A stretch of DNA of 64,000 bases from Phoronis australis (GCA_002633005.1 NMRA01000074.1:294812-358811); one strand, 5' to 3'; shown: positions 1 through 16,000, numbered from the stretch's first letter. Made by a program: numbers and translations. Notes: generated by a model not told the origin, from the sequence alone.

Positions 1-925
1 CAATCATGTTCTAGTTGTAGACACGATTAATGGCCATGCTCAGTAGATTTAAATTCCTATCAGCAAAATAACTATGTCAAGGGTGACATACGGTCGGCCT
101 TTTCAAATCATATTTCAGAACCACTGAATCATCTATCTGAACCAATAAATCCTACAAAGTCATACAAATCACATGAAAGGTTGGGACAAAAAATCGTGCA
201 GACGAGCCAGAGATCCTTCAAGTCGAGTAATTTCATCTGGATCCTATGTCGTTTTTCAAATGCATTGTGGGATGGATGTTGGCTTGTAAACATCCAATAA
301 TGTCACAGGTAACTTGCAGACGTGTAACTAATTCAAAATTTCCATTTTAGTTGGTTATATTTGACTAGCGTGATCAGACAGCGTGATCAGACAGTGCATG
401 CCTACACTATGAATCTTTTCCACCAAACGACATTCCAGTCTCACTTTTAACTTCTTATTGACGGTGGCTTTGCCGTACTCACACCAAAAAGCATGTTGCA
501 GTGGACTCATGCTTATAATTCTAAAGTGTAAGTGACAAGTGTTGTTTCCATGATGTTGCTTCACCAAGTTATCTGTGATGTCACTGCACATTGATGAGCT
601 GACAAACATCCAATTAAATGTTCTAATGCCAACAACACCATCAAGAAAAATCCCCGAATGAAGGGATTGACAAGATGCAGCAGTGAACACTATGTGCTTC
701 AGGAGATGGCTAAATAACAGCCATTTTGGAAATTAATTCGATAGGAAATAACTCAAGAATTATTACTGCAGTCTGTGAATGATCATCAAAACAGTGCGTT
801 TTACGGTTTCTTTATCAACTGTTGAATTCAAACTTCCTGGAATCCTTTGGCAAGTTTGTAGCAGAGTAAATGTCGCTCGGTGAGTGACAATTTTCAGTGT
901 ATAACATAACTGTACAATTGCTTAC

Positions 926-1010
926 GATTTTCTTGTCCTCTATCTGATGATAGCAGTCCACAATGGCAGGTAGGAGGACCCGAGCAGGAATGAATTCCGA
1001 CAAGTGTGAC
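926..1010 (-). CDS. HEATR1: HEATR1 coding exon 34 (last found in window)
   Basis: HLSEFIPARVLLPAIVDCY; donor gtaagc. Confidence 0.9.
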
Positions 1011-4000
1011 CTACAGTGCACAAAGACAGAGATCACCCACTGACTTTTCATGTTGTCATGGTTACTATGGAACCTCCCAAATGAGCTTAACATAAGTTAA
1101 AGAGTTAACTCATGAAGTTGAAGTAAACAACAGCTGAAGGATGCCAGGGAAACTACGGTATGTCCCAAATAGTTCAATTGTATTCTATGGTTTTGAAACA
1201 TAGGATAAAATCAACTGCCACTGCCAAGAATTACTGAACTTGACATTAATGCCCCGAATCAAATTTAACTATTTTAAGTAACCTGAAAAAGCATTTTTCT
1301 TATCTCTTCACAGTTCTCAGGAAAAAGTTAGAGCATAACTCTACAATCATGGCTGGAGAATCATTCTCATTGAACTGCTCAACCAACCAAATTCAGGGTC
1401 ATAGTTCACATCACTATAGTAAGACTTTCCTCACCTTACAGTCTTCAGTCTCAGGGTCAGAGATGTCTTAGAGCTGGGGTTAGCATTCTCCACAAGACTA
1501 GACAAATAGGCACTCTGCAAAAGTCCCAAGAGGAAGTGATGAACGCCCGCTGACATGACTGAACTTGAACGTGAACAAAACTAGAGAGTACCCTAGACCT
1601 CATTCCTTGCCAAAAAAGCAAGATCCCACAAAATCAGGCGAGTGGAAAACGAGTATTTCCTAAGCACGCCTAGGTGTTTTCTAGACTATCCTAGTAAAAA
1701 TGGCAGCCATTGGTATGATTGGACAGCAAGCTTGGAGAGTTGAATTGTGGAATTAATGTTTCTATTCCACAAGTGAAGATGTGCAAGCAAAGGTCATGCA
1801 GTCTACAGAACTCAGTCCAAGTCTCCACCTGATTAGCCTCATTTTTTCCAATATACATTACGAGTCATGCAATAATTTTCACAGACCCTGAAAATTTTGA
1901 AAGCTCTGTACACTAAAACCTAGTATTAAAAAGTGTAAGGCGAACAAAGCGATCGCATTTCACCAATTTCAGGTAAAAAGTACCTCATGGCAAATTAATC
2001 ACCATGAATATTTGTCCAGCACAGTATAAGAGACATGTAGAACTAAACCGTGTCTCACCACATGAACGATGTCCTTCGTGTAAGGGCTCAGGAAGTGAGG
2101 CAGACTCTCCAACACTTTCTGAAGGGTCGTGACCCCACTCACCCACAGCAGCTCATTCCTGAAAGGTTAAATAGAGCGTAAGCGACACGTTCACTGTCCA
2201 GGAGTAAAACATGGTCAGTACAAATTTTGATGAAGAGTGGTGTTTTACATTAAGACTGAACGCGAAACTGATAAGGGAACAAATGTCACATTCCGTTAAG
2301 AAGAAATTTTTTAAGGTTATAGGTGACCCTACAAAAAATGTTCAAATTTGGCTTCAGAGCATCACATCTCCGAAAAATATGCTTTATGCACTATTCTCCA
2401 AAGCGCTGTTAAACATTGTTTTTAAGATGCCTCTTTTGCATGAGGAGCTGTGAAGTATATGAATTTTACGATTTTCAGGAAAACTTGTAAGCTGCATAAA
2501 ACAAAAAAGAAACAATAATTTAGAAGTCTGTAATAGTTTTTGAGATTTCATCTGTAGTTGATGACCTATATATCATGAAATTTCCTCATATTATTGATAT
2601 TGGCCTTTTGCTGTCACTGTACCTTTCTTTTTTGCTAAATTCTACTAAAAAGAGACGTCATGTGAATCAATTCATGACAGAATGTCAAACATCAAATTCT
2701 ACAGGCTTTCAAATTTCACAAAATATCTACTTCTACCGAGTTATAATTTATAGTTCTTTTTTAGTATCTGGCAAAATGCATAGACATGACAATGTCTTAC
2801 ATAACCAAATTAATAAACAAACTACCTAAACAATAAAACAATTCACAAGAAAAATGCCAATGATTAACAAAAAATTTGCTTCACATTATCAAACACCTGC
2901 TAGGCAGGCTGTACTCAACAAGTATGGAGTGTCCACCAGACACAAGAGGGCACTAGCGTCTCTGCACACTTACCCCACCAACACATCTCCATCACTCATC
3001 AAGGTTAGTAAAGGTGGCATGAAGCGACTTAGGTAAGGTATGGCATGTGCCTTCAGACACAGGCACAGTTCAGCCAGACACAAGAGGGCACTAGCGGAGA
3101 CTGGTGGCGGCCCAGCGAGAAAGGTGTCCACCGAGACCGGGATAACCTGCCAAACAGCAAAGCGCTCAGAAAATTCACAAAGAGCATATCAAAGAGGCCT
3201 AAAAAACACTCTAAAATCTAAAATGTCTCATTAAAACAGTGTATATTTTAAGTTGTAGCAAGCGCCACCTTGTGACTTCCTGGAGAAGTGTGTGTACAAG
3301 TATAATCAGGAAAAGAAACAATTTGTACATGCAGTGTAGCTTTAAAGAAAACACCACAACTGATACACTTGAAAATAAGTGTGAATATAGAGAAAACCCC
3401 TAGTAATTCCAAATATTATGCAATCGTTATTAGACAGTGAAATGAACAAGTCATCAAAACTGTGCCTTAGGGTAACGATCAGACACAATACCACACTCAT
3501 TTACCTGAAAATAGTCTCGCAACACGAGATTGTAATGGTAACTGGTTCTCCTATGGTTTCTGGCACACCAGAAGAAGGGGGGTTGTTTGTAAATAGTACT
3601 TCACTTGAATATTCACAATTTAATGAGACATAGCATCTTTCATATAGTGTCCTTGATAAGCCCTGAACATGAACCTGGACAAACACAATAATCCAAGGAT
3701 AAAACTCCACCCCAAATAAACCATTGTCTTCACCTTCTTGAAAGTGTCCGCGTGTCCACCACTGACAGCTTTACACAATAACTTCAGGCTGTAAAGGGCG
3801 GTCTGACGATTGACAGCCAGCTCCTCAGCGTCGCCATGACTACCGTCGGCACGGGCAACGGTTACCAGGGAATCCACCAATCCCAATAACAGAACAGTCT
3901 GGAATGCATGAAGACAAAAGAAGTTAAGTGCAATGGATAAACATGTTGTTGACATTCCACACTTGAAGCAGCACGACAAGCATCAATTGTATTTAGATTG

Positions 4001-7000
4001 CATTAAGTTATTTGTTAACACAATTTTTCCGCCAAAACACAAACCCAGCCACCAATCAGTTGCTTAACGTCAACACCCACAATCACCAATTAGCTGATGA
4101 CCAGGTGATCATTAATTTCTGATGGAGAATGACAACTGCCAATTCCACTACACTGGAACCTTAGACCCATAGCCGTTATCAACATGAATCAAAACTGATA
4201 TCTTCTATCTTCTTGTTCTTGGATAATTCAATCAGACCATGAATACCATATGTACAACCACCCAATGGTAGCCATACCCACCCGATGATGGCCACACCCA
4301 CTCAACGGTGGCCACACCCACTCGATGGTGGCCCCGCCCACCTGATAGTGATTACACTGTCCACACCCGGTGCTGACATTACCCACCTCTTCTTGGCTAT
4401 ACGGCTCCCTGTGCTGGTGAAGCTTGTTGTTCAACAGTTCCATGGCCTTCCTGCGCACATTGGCCAACTCGCTCTGCATCAGTCCCGTCACCACGGTAAC
4501 AAAGACGCTGCTAGGCAACAACGAGTTGATCTGATGGCAAATTGAAAACATAGATGTAAAGTATTAAGTACACACTAACGGACGTAACATATTGATAATA
4601 AGACCTGTATGCCCACTGCCACAAATATGTTACAATAGATATCATGGCCTTAGAACAGCACTGGTAAAGACTAATTTCGCACTCAGATTTTTTTTAATAT
4701 ATAGACTGGACATTGATCCCACTGACAATAAACTGGATACTCAAATGAAGGGCGAAACTGTTGAATGACATCACATTTACCATCACCACCCTGTTAGGAG
4801 CATGCGACCTTTTCTCTGATCTACTCACATTTAGTGTCTAGTCTTAGGCCCACTGTACTATCACCTGCAACCATTTTTATGCTTTATTATAGTGTCCTAT
4901 TTCACTTGCCAAGAATAAACACACTGAATGAACTACTAGCTGTCACCATACCTTGTCTAGAACGTCGTAAGCCTTATGCAGCAGTGCCCTCCAGAACTTG
5001 GCGCTGACGTCTTGACTGTGCTGCTCAACAGTGTGTGCCACTGTGGTCACGTACTGCAGACATTTTTCCAGTATGTTCTGATAAAGAGGCTGCATCCTAC
5101 CGGTTTCCTCCTCACTCAGCTCCACAACCTGAAGATAACAACGAACTCCCAGTATTACATAAATTCTTGAAAAAAGTCGGCGAAATTCTCCTCATCAAAA
5201 ATGGACAACGTAGCAGGGCAAAATACTATAACTGAACAACTAGTTTTCATGTTTTTGGCCGTAACTTCAAAGGAGCTAGGGAGAAAATTTTGTCATCAAT
5301 CAGACAAAATTGATCATCAATCTTTTTAAAACAAACAAACACATAAACAAGCACTTGCCACAAGGTGACCCAAATTGTCATTGATATCCCAGGAAACACA
5401 CATTTTTAAAGCTCTAATGTCAAATTGTACAGTAAGTTACGTAATGAATTTTTTGCTTTAAGATAAGCCATACCCAATATCTTTAGTTAGCAATCTTAAA
5501 TTTCCAATATAAACTGAAAATGAGCTCTCATTGACAATTCCCAAATTTTCAACGGAGGAACATTTTGCTTTATAAATGAATTTTCACAAATTCAACATTT
5601 CTTGCTATGACCTTGAAAACAATGTCAAGGTCACCAAATTCAACTGATAACTTGAACTGCCCCACCTACTGATCGGTACAAAATATGGACAGAATGTGAA
5701 GTTTCCTTCTTAAATATTGTGCCAACAAAATTCTCCTAGCAAGAGTATAGCATCAACATTTCTCCAGTGGAACATTTCCTGCTGTGATTATGAGGTCATG
5801 GTAGCAAAAATCGAGTGGCATCTAAGAACGCCAGCCTATACCCCTCTCTAAAATATGAACAAAATCTAAAATATGAACAAAGTCTAAAATATGAACAAAA
5901 TCTAAAATATGAACAAAGTCTAAAATATGAACAAAATCTAAAATATGATCAAAATCTAAAATATGAACAAAATCTAAAATATGAACAAAATCTAAAACCC
6001 CTTTCAGAGATATCGAGCCAACATTTTCTCAGACAAGTCAAAACTTGATTTTTTCACTGTGACCTCGAAAAAAGAAAGGTTGCCAAAATTGAGGGCACCT
6101 GGAGTTGTCCTTCTTAAAACTGTTCAAAATATGAAAATTAAATCTAAAACTGGAAAGGTCATCAAAATCGACTGGTGCCTGGAATTACACCAACTTAATA
6201 CGAAAATATGAACATAACCCAAAAGTTTTCTTCTTGAGATATCGTGCCAATGTTGTGTGATGCAAATACATACAGAAGGTTGTGAATACTTTGTCACCAT
6301 GCATTGCACTAATACGCGACAAGACACAATATAAATATGAATCCTTCCGAAGAACTGTTGATAATACATCAACAAGCAATTTTTTTAAAATTACTAGCTA
6401 TACCCAGTCAAAAGAAAGATTTAAAATAATTCTATTATAATAATAGTATTTCTGGGTGTCCACATAGTAAGTGGATTCTAACAGGGGAAATAACTTTCGA
6501 CATTTAATACACAAGTGTCGCAACTGACTGCATTGCCAAGTCCATTAACCTTGTCCATTATCGGAGCATCTACCTATCGTTGTAATGAGTGATATAAAAT
6601 GAGTGCTAAGTAAAGTGCAAGTAATATACTTATTCTAAACCCTAGACTGCTTAACATTAAAAAAATGGTAAAAATTCTCCAATTTCGAAAACAAATAATT
6701 GCAAGAATTGACATTATTCAAAAGCATCTTACTTCATTGCTGCAAATACTCAAACCATTTCAAATGGTGTTCATCAATAAGCGTGGCATCTTCTTTGGGC
6801 AAACCATGCCAACAAAAAACTAAATTTTCTTAATAGCCAGATTATGTTGAGAAATTTGATCACGCTAAAACCCAGCTGTTCATCACACCATGTCCTTAAC
6901 TGAAGAACGTTTACCATAATCCAACATGTACTGCGCGACCCGAAATGGAATAACGTTTGAGAGTTAAAGTGGAAATTGCAGGATAATTACTTATCTCCGT

Positions 7001-10000
7001 GATTGCTTGGTCAAACTAACTTGAAACACAACAAATAAAGACAGTGTGAAAGTAGCTCGAAAGATGCCAAATGTTTTTAAGAACGAGCTTTGTGGCAAAA
7101 ATGATCAGCCACAAATCACTCAACTGTGTCCAGTAAGTATCGAGACATGGTGCTGAGAAATAACACTGCATGGTGCAGGCTACGTGAGCCCGCAAGGTGA
7201 GTCATTAGTGCAAAGGTCACCTATTTGTAGAATTTTGTTTTGTTTTCACATTATACAAGTTGTCAATGAATACAACACAGCACTTTGCTTAACGCAGATT
7301 GTATTAACATAGCGTTATTGTTTAGTTCCTGCTGTACATTAGCATAGTTAAAAGCAAGCAATTTTGCTTTTAAATCCACATTTTGTTAACAGAACCTTAA
7401 TTAAAGAACACTTGCAGTATGGAAGTGGTCTCAACATGATCCTCCCTGAAATTAAGAGAAGATTTCTAGTCTTGGAAATACATACAAGTTAGCGCAACAC
7501 GGAAGGTTGTTTTCTTGCAGAACACGTTCTCAATCAATAAGAAACTGCCAGTCCTTTCTGAATCCAGGGACCACGTCTCACATGAGCAAAGAAAACGTGC
7601 CCAGTTTCATAGCAACGAGTCGCCAGAACAAAAGAGTGTCTCTAAAGACAGAATGGTGCTTTTCTCTTACAGGTTTAGTTGAAAAAGGCAGTACCTGTCC
7701 AATGAATGTTGTGCTGGACAAAACTGAGGTGATGAAACTGGTCGTAGTGAATTTGAAGTGCCTCAGTTGTTTGGCAGTGTGCGTGGCTGGGTCGAACAAG
7801 GTGAGGCCCTCAGGTGGACTCTGCACACGTTTACCCATAGCAGGCTTGGGCTCTGAAGAAAAGTAATAATCACATGCCACTGGTATGTCAAGCAACAGGA
7901 TTCCGGCAGCTTGAAGGTATGACGATGCACACTCCTCGCAAAGATTTTGACAGGCCACTATGGGTCATGTGACTTATCGTATAATGAATTTCTCACACCA
8001 ACTTAAACGGCACCAGTCACGTGACCCATCACTGACCTGCCCTAGAATTCGCAACAGGGATGTAATGCAGCCATCTCCCCAAATGAAAGCACAGAATAAG
8101 ATCAATTTTCTCACGAAAAACAAGTACAGATGGTTTCATAGTTTCCGGCTAGCTTCTTGCCAATAGATGGAGTGCCAACACCAGGTAACTAAACAGACAC
8201 AATTTCCATTCTCACGTGACTTCCATTTTCTGTGAGTTTTACAAGTTGATAAAATTTTCATCTTCCTCTAGTTATAATAATCCACCAAAAACGTAGACAT
8301 ATTAAATAGATGTGAATTTTCGCAATTGCAGCAATTTTGAGATTTTGACAACGCAAACAATACCAATCAATGGTAACACTTTGGCTCATAATAATAGACT
8401 GCATTAATTTGAGACTTGTCTCTTCAATGTAGACCTCTGTACCACCAAAACTGCACTCCGGTACTTTAGACACTAGAGTTGCAGATTTTTCAGTAAATTT
8501 GCAGATTTTTGCATTAAGATCAAATATTGAACTTTCAGCATACTACGTTTTTGAAACTGTGTTTAGTTGATACTTTTCCCACTCAGTTACTTACTTTTGA
8601 AAAACTTTTGAAGTGACCAGCTATTTTCAGAATTCTCTATTACGTGCTTAGTGGAAATGAAATAGATGTTGGAATGCCGTGCAATTACCGACGGATAAAA
8701 GTATAAAATAGTAAAATTAGTAAAACTAAAACGACGAGCATCGGTATGTACTCAGCAGTCTGTAGCACACACTTGACAATGAGCGCATCACTCGAAACGT
8801 GGGGATATTTTGATATATTTTAGTACGCTTTGCATTTTTGACAACAGTATGTATTTAGTCGGAGATAGTCGTAATCAAATGAAGTCAGTGCTTATAGTTT
8901 AGGTCGAAGACACTGAATATTGATAGAAGAGGCTTTGAAATAATTTGTTCTGTTGCAATATTTTAAGTGAATTGAAGCAAGTTTTCAACCGAATATATAT
9001 TTTTAACTTCTAATTTAAAAATCTTCTTCCATTCCTACAATTAGCTTATCCCCAAGTGAGTAAGTAACAAAACCGTAAATAACCTGCTTCGAAGTTGCAC
9101 ATTTTTGCCTGGTTTTGCGTACTTACGTACAGCAACACAAAATACAAATCCGCATATTTGCATTCAATACACAGGTCTGCTAATGAGGAGTTTTGTTACA
9201 TCATACAAAATTTTCCATCAGTTAGCCATAAACTTTTTTCAAACCTATCTTTCATATTCCAAGCATTTTTTAAGTTTTCTATGATGACAAATAGGCGCTG
9301 ATGCACACACACATCTGTTTATGATGAGAAAAACAAGTAAACCAACCACTAATATCCTGAGGCAGACTAGCCAGGTATTCCAGCAGACGCAACACCGACT
9401 TCACTTGGACACCAGGCTCAAACTGATGACACAGCGACAGGCAGAACTCTAGGTGAGGATGCTGGAAATAAAAAAGATGAACTCTCCACCAGTTAGTTTA
9501 CAACTACTGTGCCCTATTTTTGCATAATATCTACAACACCTAGGAAATGTTGAAACCATAATATTCATCTTTCATACTATCATTTCAACTATAGAAGTTT
9601 TCAAAATAAAGTTGGACAACTTCAAACTTCAACAAACTTTCAAAACACAAATCCGTTGTCAAATACACATTTCTCTTTTACTAAAACCCAAACATCAAAT
9701 TGCCATTGACTAAAGCTCAACAAAAAATACCATTTTACTGTGATAAAAGTTTGACAAACATCTGAATAAGTCTTGCAAAATAGCCGCCAAAGTTTAACAG
9801 CACCTGTCACAGTTCTGGCAGAGTCTGTTAACTTTATTTTGAAACCTACATGCATAATTTTAATACAAATGCATCAAAGCACTAGTTGTTGCACACATGT
9901 GAATGGATAGATTTTTGGCAAATCGAGATTGCCGCAGCTCACTGAGGTACTAAGGCTACCAATATGAAATAGGTGCAATGTTATTTGCAATTGATTCATG

Positions 10001-13000
10001 GTTCTCTATGCATATTGCTTTCTCCTTAGACACAGCTTACAGAGTCAATTTTCCTACAGAAACAAAATACCTATAGTTCAAAAATCATTACCAACATTTG
10101 CTGCCAAACACACACCTTTGAATCCATACACTTGTAGTATAATTCACAAAATGAGGCTCTTATTCAAGCTGCTATAGTGAAAATAATCAACTGTTGATTT
10201 AAAACACTTACCGCCATCAAACTACTCTCTTCTAGCCTACAGNAAGTGTTGGATTTTATATTTTAACCTATTAAAAATAATTAAAAAATTATGGGTCATG
10301 GGTTGGAGAAATAAATGAAAAATATGGGCGGTGGGTACGAAATAAAAGTGCCTTCCCCCCCCTCCCATACAGATTTTGCTGGAACAGCCCTGAGGTACTA
10401 AGGCTACCAATATGAAATAGGTGCAATGTTATTTGCAATTGATTCATGGTTCTCTATGCATATTGCTTTCTCCTTAGACACAGCTTACAGAGTCAATTTT
10501 CCTACAGAAACAAAATACCTGTAGTTCAAAAATCATTACCAACATTTGCTGCCAAACACACACCTTTGAATCCATACACTTGTAGTATAATTCACAAAAT
10601 GAGGCTCTTATTCAAGCTGCTATAGTGAAAATAATCAACTGTTGATTTAAAACACTTACCGCCATCAAACTACTCTCTTCTAGCCTACAGAGATGAGAAT
10701 TATTGGATTTGCACACAGTGACAAGTTAGGTTTTAAAGCCTAGTCTCAATCAATAACAAACGGACAGTCCTTTCAAAGCCCTAAAGTCACCTCCAATTCA
10801 GCCAAGCAACAATTTGAGATCACTATTACAATAGTAAGACAATGAAATGAGAGGTTGCTTTCTGTGATGAAAGCTGTGTTTTTAGTTGCTTTTAAATTAA
10901 CTACCCCAAAACTGACTATGGTAAAATCTCACCAATTTCGGACAAAAATAATTGCCAAAATTGATCTTTTTACACTTTTCAACCGCTTCTAATATTGTTT
11001 TAAATGTCCACAGTCACTGGAAACATTGTCTGAAGGAAGCTGTGGCATAGACCTTTAAATGGTATAGCATCTATTTCATGCTACTTATCTTTATGAAAAC
11101 AATGAAAACATAAAATTTCACTTGTCTGCCATATCCTGTCCTAAATCGGTGAGATTTTTATGTAAATGAACGACGCTTGCACTTTAAACATTCCAAGTGC
11201 AAATCCAATGCCATACCGTGGCTTCCTTCCCATCATGCTCAGTGTGAAGGCCCTTGGTGACGAACACTTCTATCAATAGGACCAGGGTGACCCAGAGGAA
11301 CCTTTCACTACCCACGGTGGTGATCAGCTTGGAGAAGAGCGGTAGGCGGCGGTGATGCGGGATGTGCGGGTGGGCGTCGACGAAGACGCGGATCACCATG
11401 GAGACGATGGACTCCAGCTTCTGCGATGAGATGTTGGTGGAGTCTCGCTCACTCGCCTGACGACGAAGAAAATCAGGCTTCAAACAAATCACTTGTGACA
11501 TGCAGAAAGTAATAAGTTCAACGGGTGCACCACCAGCCATAACCAAAAGCAACCAGCATGAACCAATCCCGAATGCAATTCATTCACTGCGCATGTTAAA
11601 AGTTAATTTCATTCATAAAAATCTGGGTGGTCTTACTAAAACTGTGCATGGTGGCATTATTAAATTCAGATTGTAATGTACTAAGGATGGCCTTCAGTAA
11701 AAAATTAGAGTTTTGCACAATCATGGTGAAGTGCTTCATTAAATTTTCTTCATCATCAGGCCTGTATGAAAACAGTTTTTAACTAGCTCTAATGTGCAGG
11801 TCAAAATTCAAATTAAAAACATGGATGAAAAACGGTTAACTCTGTAGGAAGATGAACAACGAAGTCCATCATTGGCTAAAAGGAAGACACAACCTTCGAC
11901 ATTTTAGCAGACTTTCTACAAAATGGGATAATTACGGTAAAATTGCACCAATTTCAATGCAAAATTGATTGTTATAATTATCCTTTCTTCATTTTTATGG
12001 TTTTCCAACATCATTGTGAATGGTCAAAACTTTTCAAATATTTTTTTTCCGAGGACAGCAAATGTACAGAACTAAAACATGGTAAAGTATTACTTTAATG
12101 CTATATATTACGTTTTACGAAAACACGCGAAGATGAAATTCACTTGTCCGCCAGATGGCGTCGAAATTGGTGAAATTTGACTTGATATGCACATTTTTGC
12201 CAGAACTAGATAAAAAAGCCACAGAGAGTTCAAAGCCAAAACTGTCATCCCCTAACTACGCCGTTTCCCTCTAGGTAACTCTCACCAGGACGAGGGCTGG
12301 TATCACGGTCTCCACTGTGCGCGATATCACCTGGAAGCTATAGGCATCATCCTGCCGCATGACATTGGCACCCATGAATGTAAATATAGACATAACGTTG
12401 TGCAGCACGTGCTCCGGGAACATGGCCGCCGCCTGGCTGAGGAGCAAGAGGGCCTGGCGATGGGTCTGTGGGTTGTCAGACACACGGATACACTGAACGA
12501 TCACGTCAATGGTGAACTGACGCTCGCTCAGCAGGTCTGGAAGTCAAAAGAGAAAACGAAATACAATTTCTTAGAACAAATGCTAATGAAACTTATTAAG
12601 TTTTGTCAAAAACACGTAAAACAAAAACAAGCAAAAAAATAACGAAAAGAGCCAAAAATACAGTTTGCAATTTTGTACTTTTGGCTTCAATATGAAAATG
12701 AGAAATGTTTAGTGAGAAACTAAGTTCATGAGGTCAAAAGAATTGTTGCTTACACCACGTGAAAAGAAAACAGCAAAATTTTAAGAGTCTGGAATCAATT
12801 TGACCACATGCCTTAGATATAACTACAGACAAGAGAGCCAATGGAAAAACAAAGGACAGGTAGATCTTAATCGCGCAATAAAATTCATGTTTTGAGACAC
12901 TTTAGTAAGCTAACTTCAACAAAACACTCATAGTTCATATTTGAACGCAAAAACCACATGACCATAGGACCCCACTGGAATAGAATATATGGGTCCATCC

Positions 13001-16000
13001 AGTAAAACGTGGGAGAAAACAGAGAAATGTATACTCTAAGAATGTCTATAATTCATCAAAACAACAACTGTAAGGCTTTCTTTAGCTGTCCAACTATGTG
13101 TCCAGTGTCTTACTTCACTAAAATGTTTAACTATACAACCATGTTTTTACACAGTTTATACGGCAGAAACTTGCAACTAGTTGTAAGTCTCCATTTACTC
13201 GTGTTAAAATTCGTCGCAAAGTTACCCCACTTAAGTGAAACAGGCCTCTCAGGGGCAGAAGCTTATCAATATTAACTTCTCAACAACTTTGTGCATCCAT
13301 GAATAGAATACTATTCCAATGTCACAATGTAAAATGAATTCAGATCGAACTCTTAAACATTACACACTTGATCGTGAAAACTTGAAAGTACCTAACAAAC
13401 ATTTGGACTAAAGACAACTTACTTTTATCAATAGGCGTGTTATCTGGCGACAACTTTTGACAGATGACTTGGATACAAGACAGACACAACTGTTTAGTGT
13501 ACTCCACGGATGACTGATCGTTGACTTCTAAACACCTGTATTCAGCAGAGAAGAGATCATGTGTTCACCATAACCCATAACCACTGAAAGCTACTTTTTA
13601 ACACAGTATCACAGCACGTAACAACACATTGAAATTTGGGTCCCTTGCTAACAAATGTCATAAGCTTGGTTGCAGTCAAGACAATCACAAGTACATTTGT
13701 GCACGCAGCACTGTCTTGTTTTTCAGAGCCAAGCGTTGCAACTGGCGTTACCTTGAATATTACACATATTCAGACATAATGACGGTCTTCATAAGCCCCA
13801 TTAATGAACTGTGGGTAAATTAAAATCGAAGTCAGGACTGTCTTAGCTAAGACCAGACTTGTAAATCTCAATTAAACATTACCCTGCTATACAGCAAACG
13901 AAAGTCTAGCACATCGCTTCAAACCATCCCGCACTGCACAGCAACTCACCTGGAGATGAGACTAAAGAGCGCGGGCACCAGCAAGTGACCCCTCTTTAAC
14001 TTCTTCTTGGTCTGCAGTACCTCCAAAATGAGCACCAGCCTCCGCCACTCACGGCTCTCGGCCACACCCTCGGTTGGCTGCACGTCACGGGAACTCCTGT
14101 ACATTCACAAGCAACATTGAACATAACAATGCTTTGAAGACAGTAACAGTGGCTCAGATGCGCAAAACGGATAAATGACATTTGAATACAAAACCCAAGC
14201 TCTATGGCCTGCAAGTGTAAGTTCTCACTCCAACTAAATATGAATAAGCTAGTGATAATAAAATTACCAATAACAAACACAGAACAGAAGTCTTCCTGTA
14301 AAAGGCAAGTAACGCGACTAGCATTAGTGACTTCGTTAGTCACCATTACGGAATAAGTCTTGCATTATCTCCTGACCTATGACAACGATAGAATGCAACA
14401 AGTGCCACCTTTTTGATGAAAAATAAAGTAGTTCAAAATCGAACAAAAGGAGCAATCAACTAGCAATCTGAGAGTTATTGAAAAATTTGAAGGTAACACT
14501 TTTAGGTAAATGTTTTCAAATGATCATACAGACAATAAACAAAAATACTGGTTGAGTGTGATAAAGAATTCTAAAAAGTTAAAACTGCATTTTGCCCTGT
14601 TTAGCTGGCTAAGATATGTTACCTGCCAGAGAATTAAAACCACCACTAGCTGAGAAAAAAAGCTTGAGAATTTTTTGGGGTTGGCCAACCTTAAAATTGC
14701 GAATTAAAAAATGGCACATGTACACATTGCACGTGACTTGAATTGATGACAGAAATGAAACATTCTCACAGTTAGGAATATTATGAGCCAGACCAAGTTG
14801 ACAAGAGTAAAAGGACCAATAGGATTTTTGTTTTAAGCTAGCTAAACACAGCTAAATGCAACTTTAAAATGGGACACATTTGAGGCAAATTCTCTCAAAA
14901 TCTCTCAACATTTTTATAACCATAGCTGTCCTTGATTCCTGACCATGGTCAATCACTCAATCTGCCATGGAAAGTACAGCTGAACTGTGCCAACCCACCT
15001 GCGTATACGCTTGACGTCCCGCACCGTCGCCCCCTTGTCCTTTTGGTCCATCCTTTGCACCTCCACCAAGACTTGACCGGCATCCAGCGATAACTGGAAA
15101 GTCAACAGTCAACCAATCAAGATTCTACTAGAGACAGAGAGAGACAAGCTTGTCTGTTTTCGCATCATTAAGGGGTACACGGCACTATGAATGCTTACTG
15201 GTTAGTATTACAGTAAGCACTTAACACAGTGACTGGACTTTCATGACAGATTTCTTTTGTTTGGGGATTAAGGAACATTAGTAGCATGTCAGTGGTAAGA
15301 TCTGCCTGTTAGTGGCAACATTCCATCTCGTCCACTTTAGATGTTCTGCACTGTAACAACTAAACCCCGCAATGAGAATTGAATTTTTTCATTGTTTGTA
15401 CAGCAAAACTCTGCTATTACAAAGAAAAGAAATTTAAGAAATAGGGCATTGCAGCTGTTTCTTTATTGACGTGTCCAAACCTTTATTGTGTATTTAACCA
15501 GTCTGATCAACAAAGTGGAGCACCTCCACTTGTGCACATCATTCCTTATCATGGTGAAAATTGAATGGGGAAGAGTACTGTGTGATAAACCATTTGCTTA
15601 CATGGTCAAGGTGTTCATTTTCTTTCCTTTACCTAGACGCACAGTTAGAGCTGTTAGATTGGAGACTGTTGTGTATCTCCCACATGTGAAATGGCTGTTC
15701 ACACACCCAGTAGTCTTCAACATACTGAATTTGAAGACTTAAGGACTGTAAACAGACAGCAAAATACCTCGAGGGGAGACAAAACTTGCCAAGAGCACTT
15801 ACAGGGGATTCCCATTACGAGAACCAGTATTCTCCACTGAATTATAGACATCGAACTGGTTCTCAGAATCCAGGACTCCTGTACGCCACTACTGACCAAA
15901 AATACAAATTAACATAGACTTTCTCTTCCGTTTTTGTACTACTTTTAATAACAACTGTAAAACAAAAGCTGTTGTGAGGAACACAAGTCCCGGAAGGCTT

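Noticed and set aside
355-690. next HEATR1 exon
   Set aside because: Translation does not resemble the expected downstream HEATR1 segment
2936-2958. 23-bp copy of exon-31 sequence in adjacent intron
   Set aside because: Small local duplication without splice signals
5815-6048. LKYEQN repeat protein or CRISPR-like array
   Set aside because: Simple 18-bp minisatellite without spacers, inside an intron
13720-13800. C/D snoRNA with 28S-like guide (gccaagcgtt)
   Set aside because: Only 10-nt match, poor C box, no terminal stem
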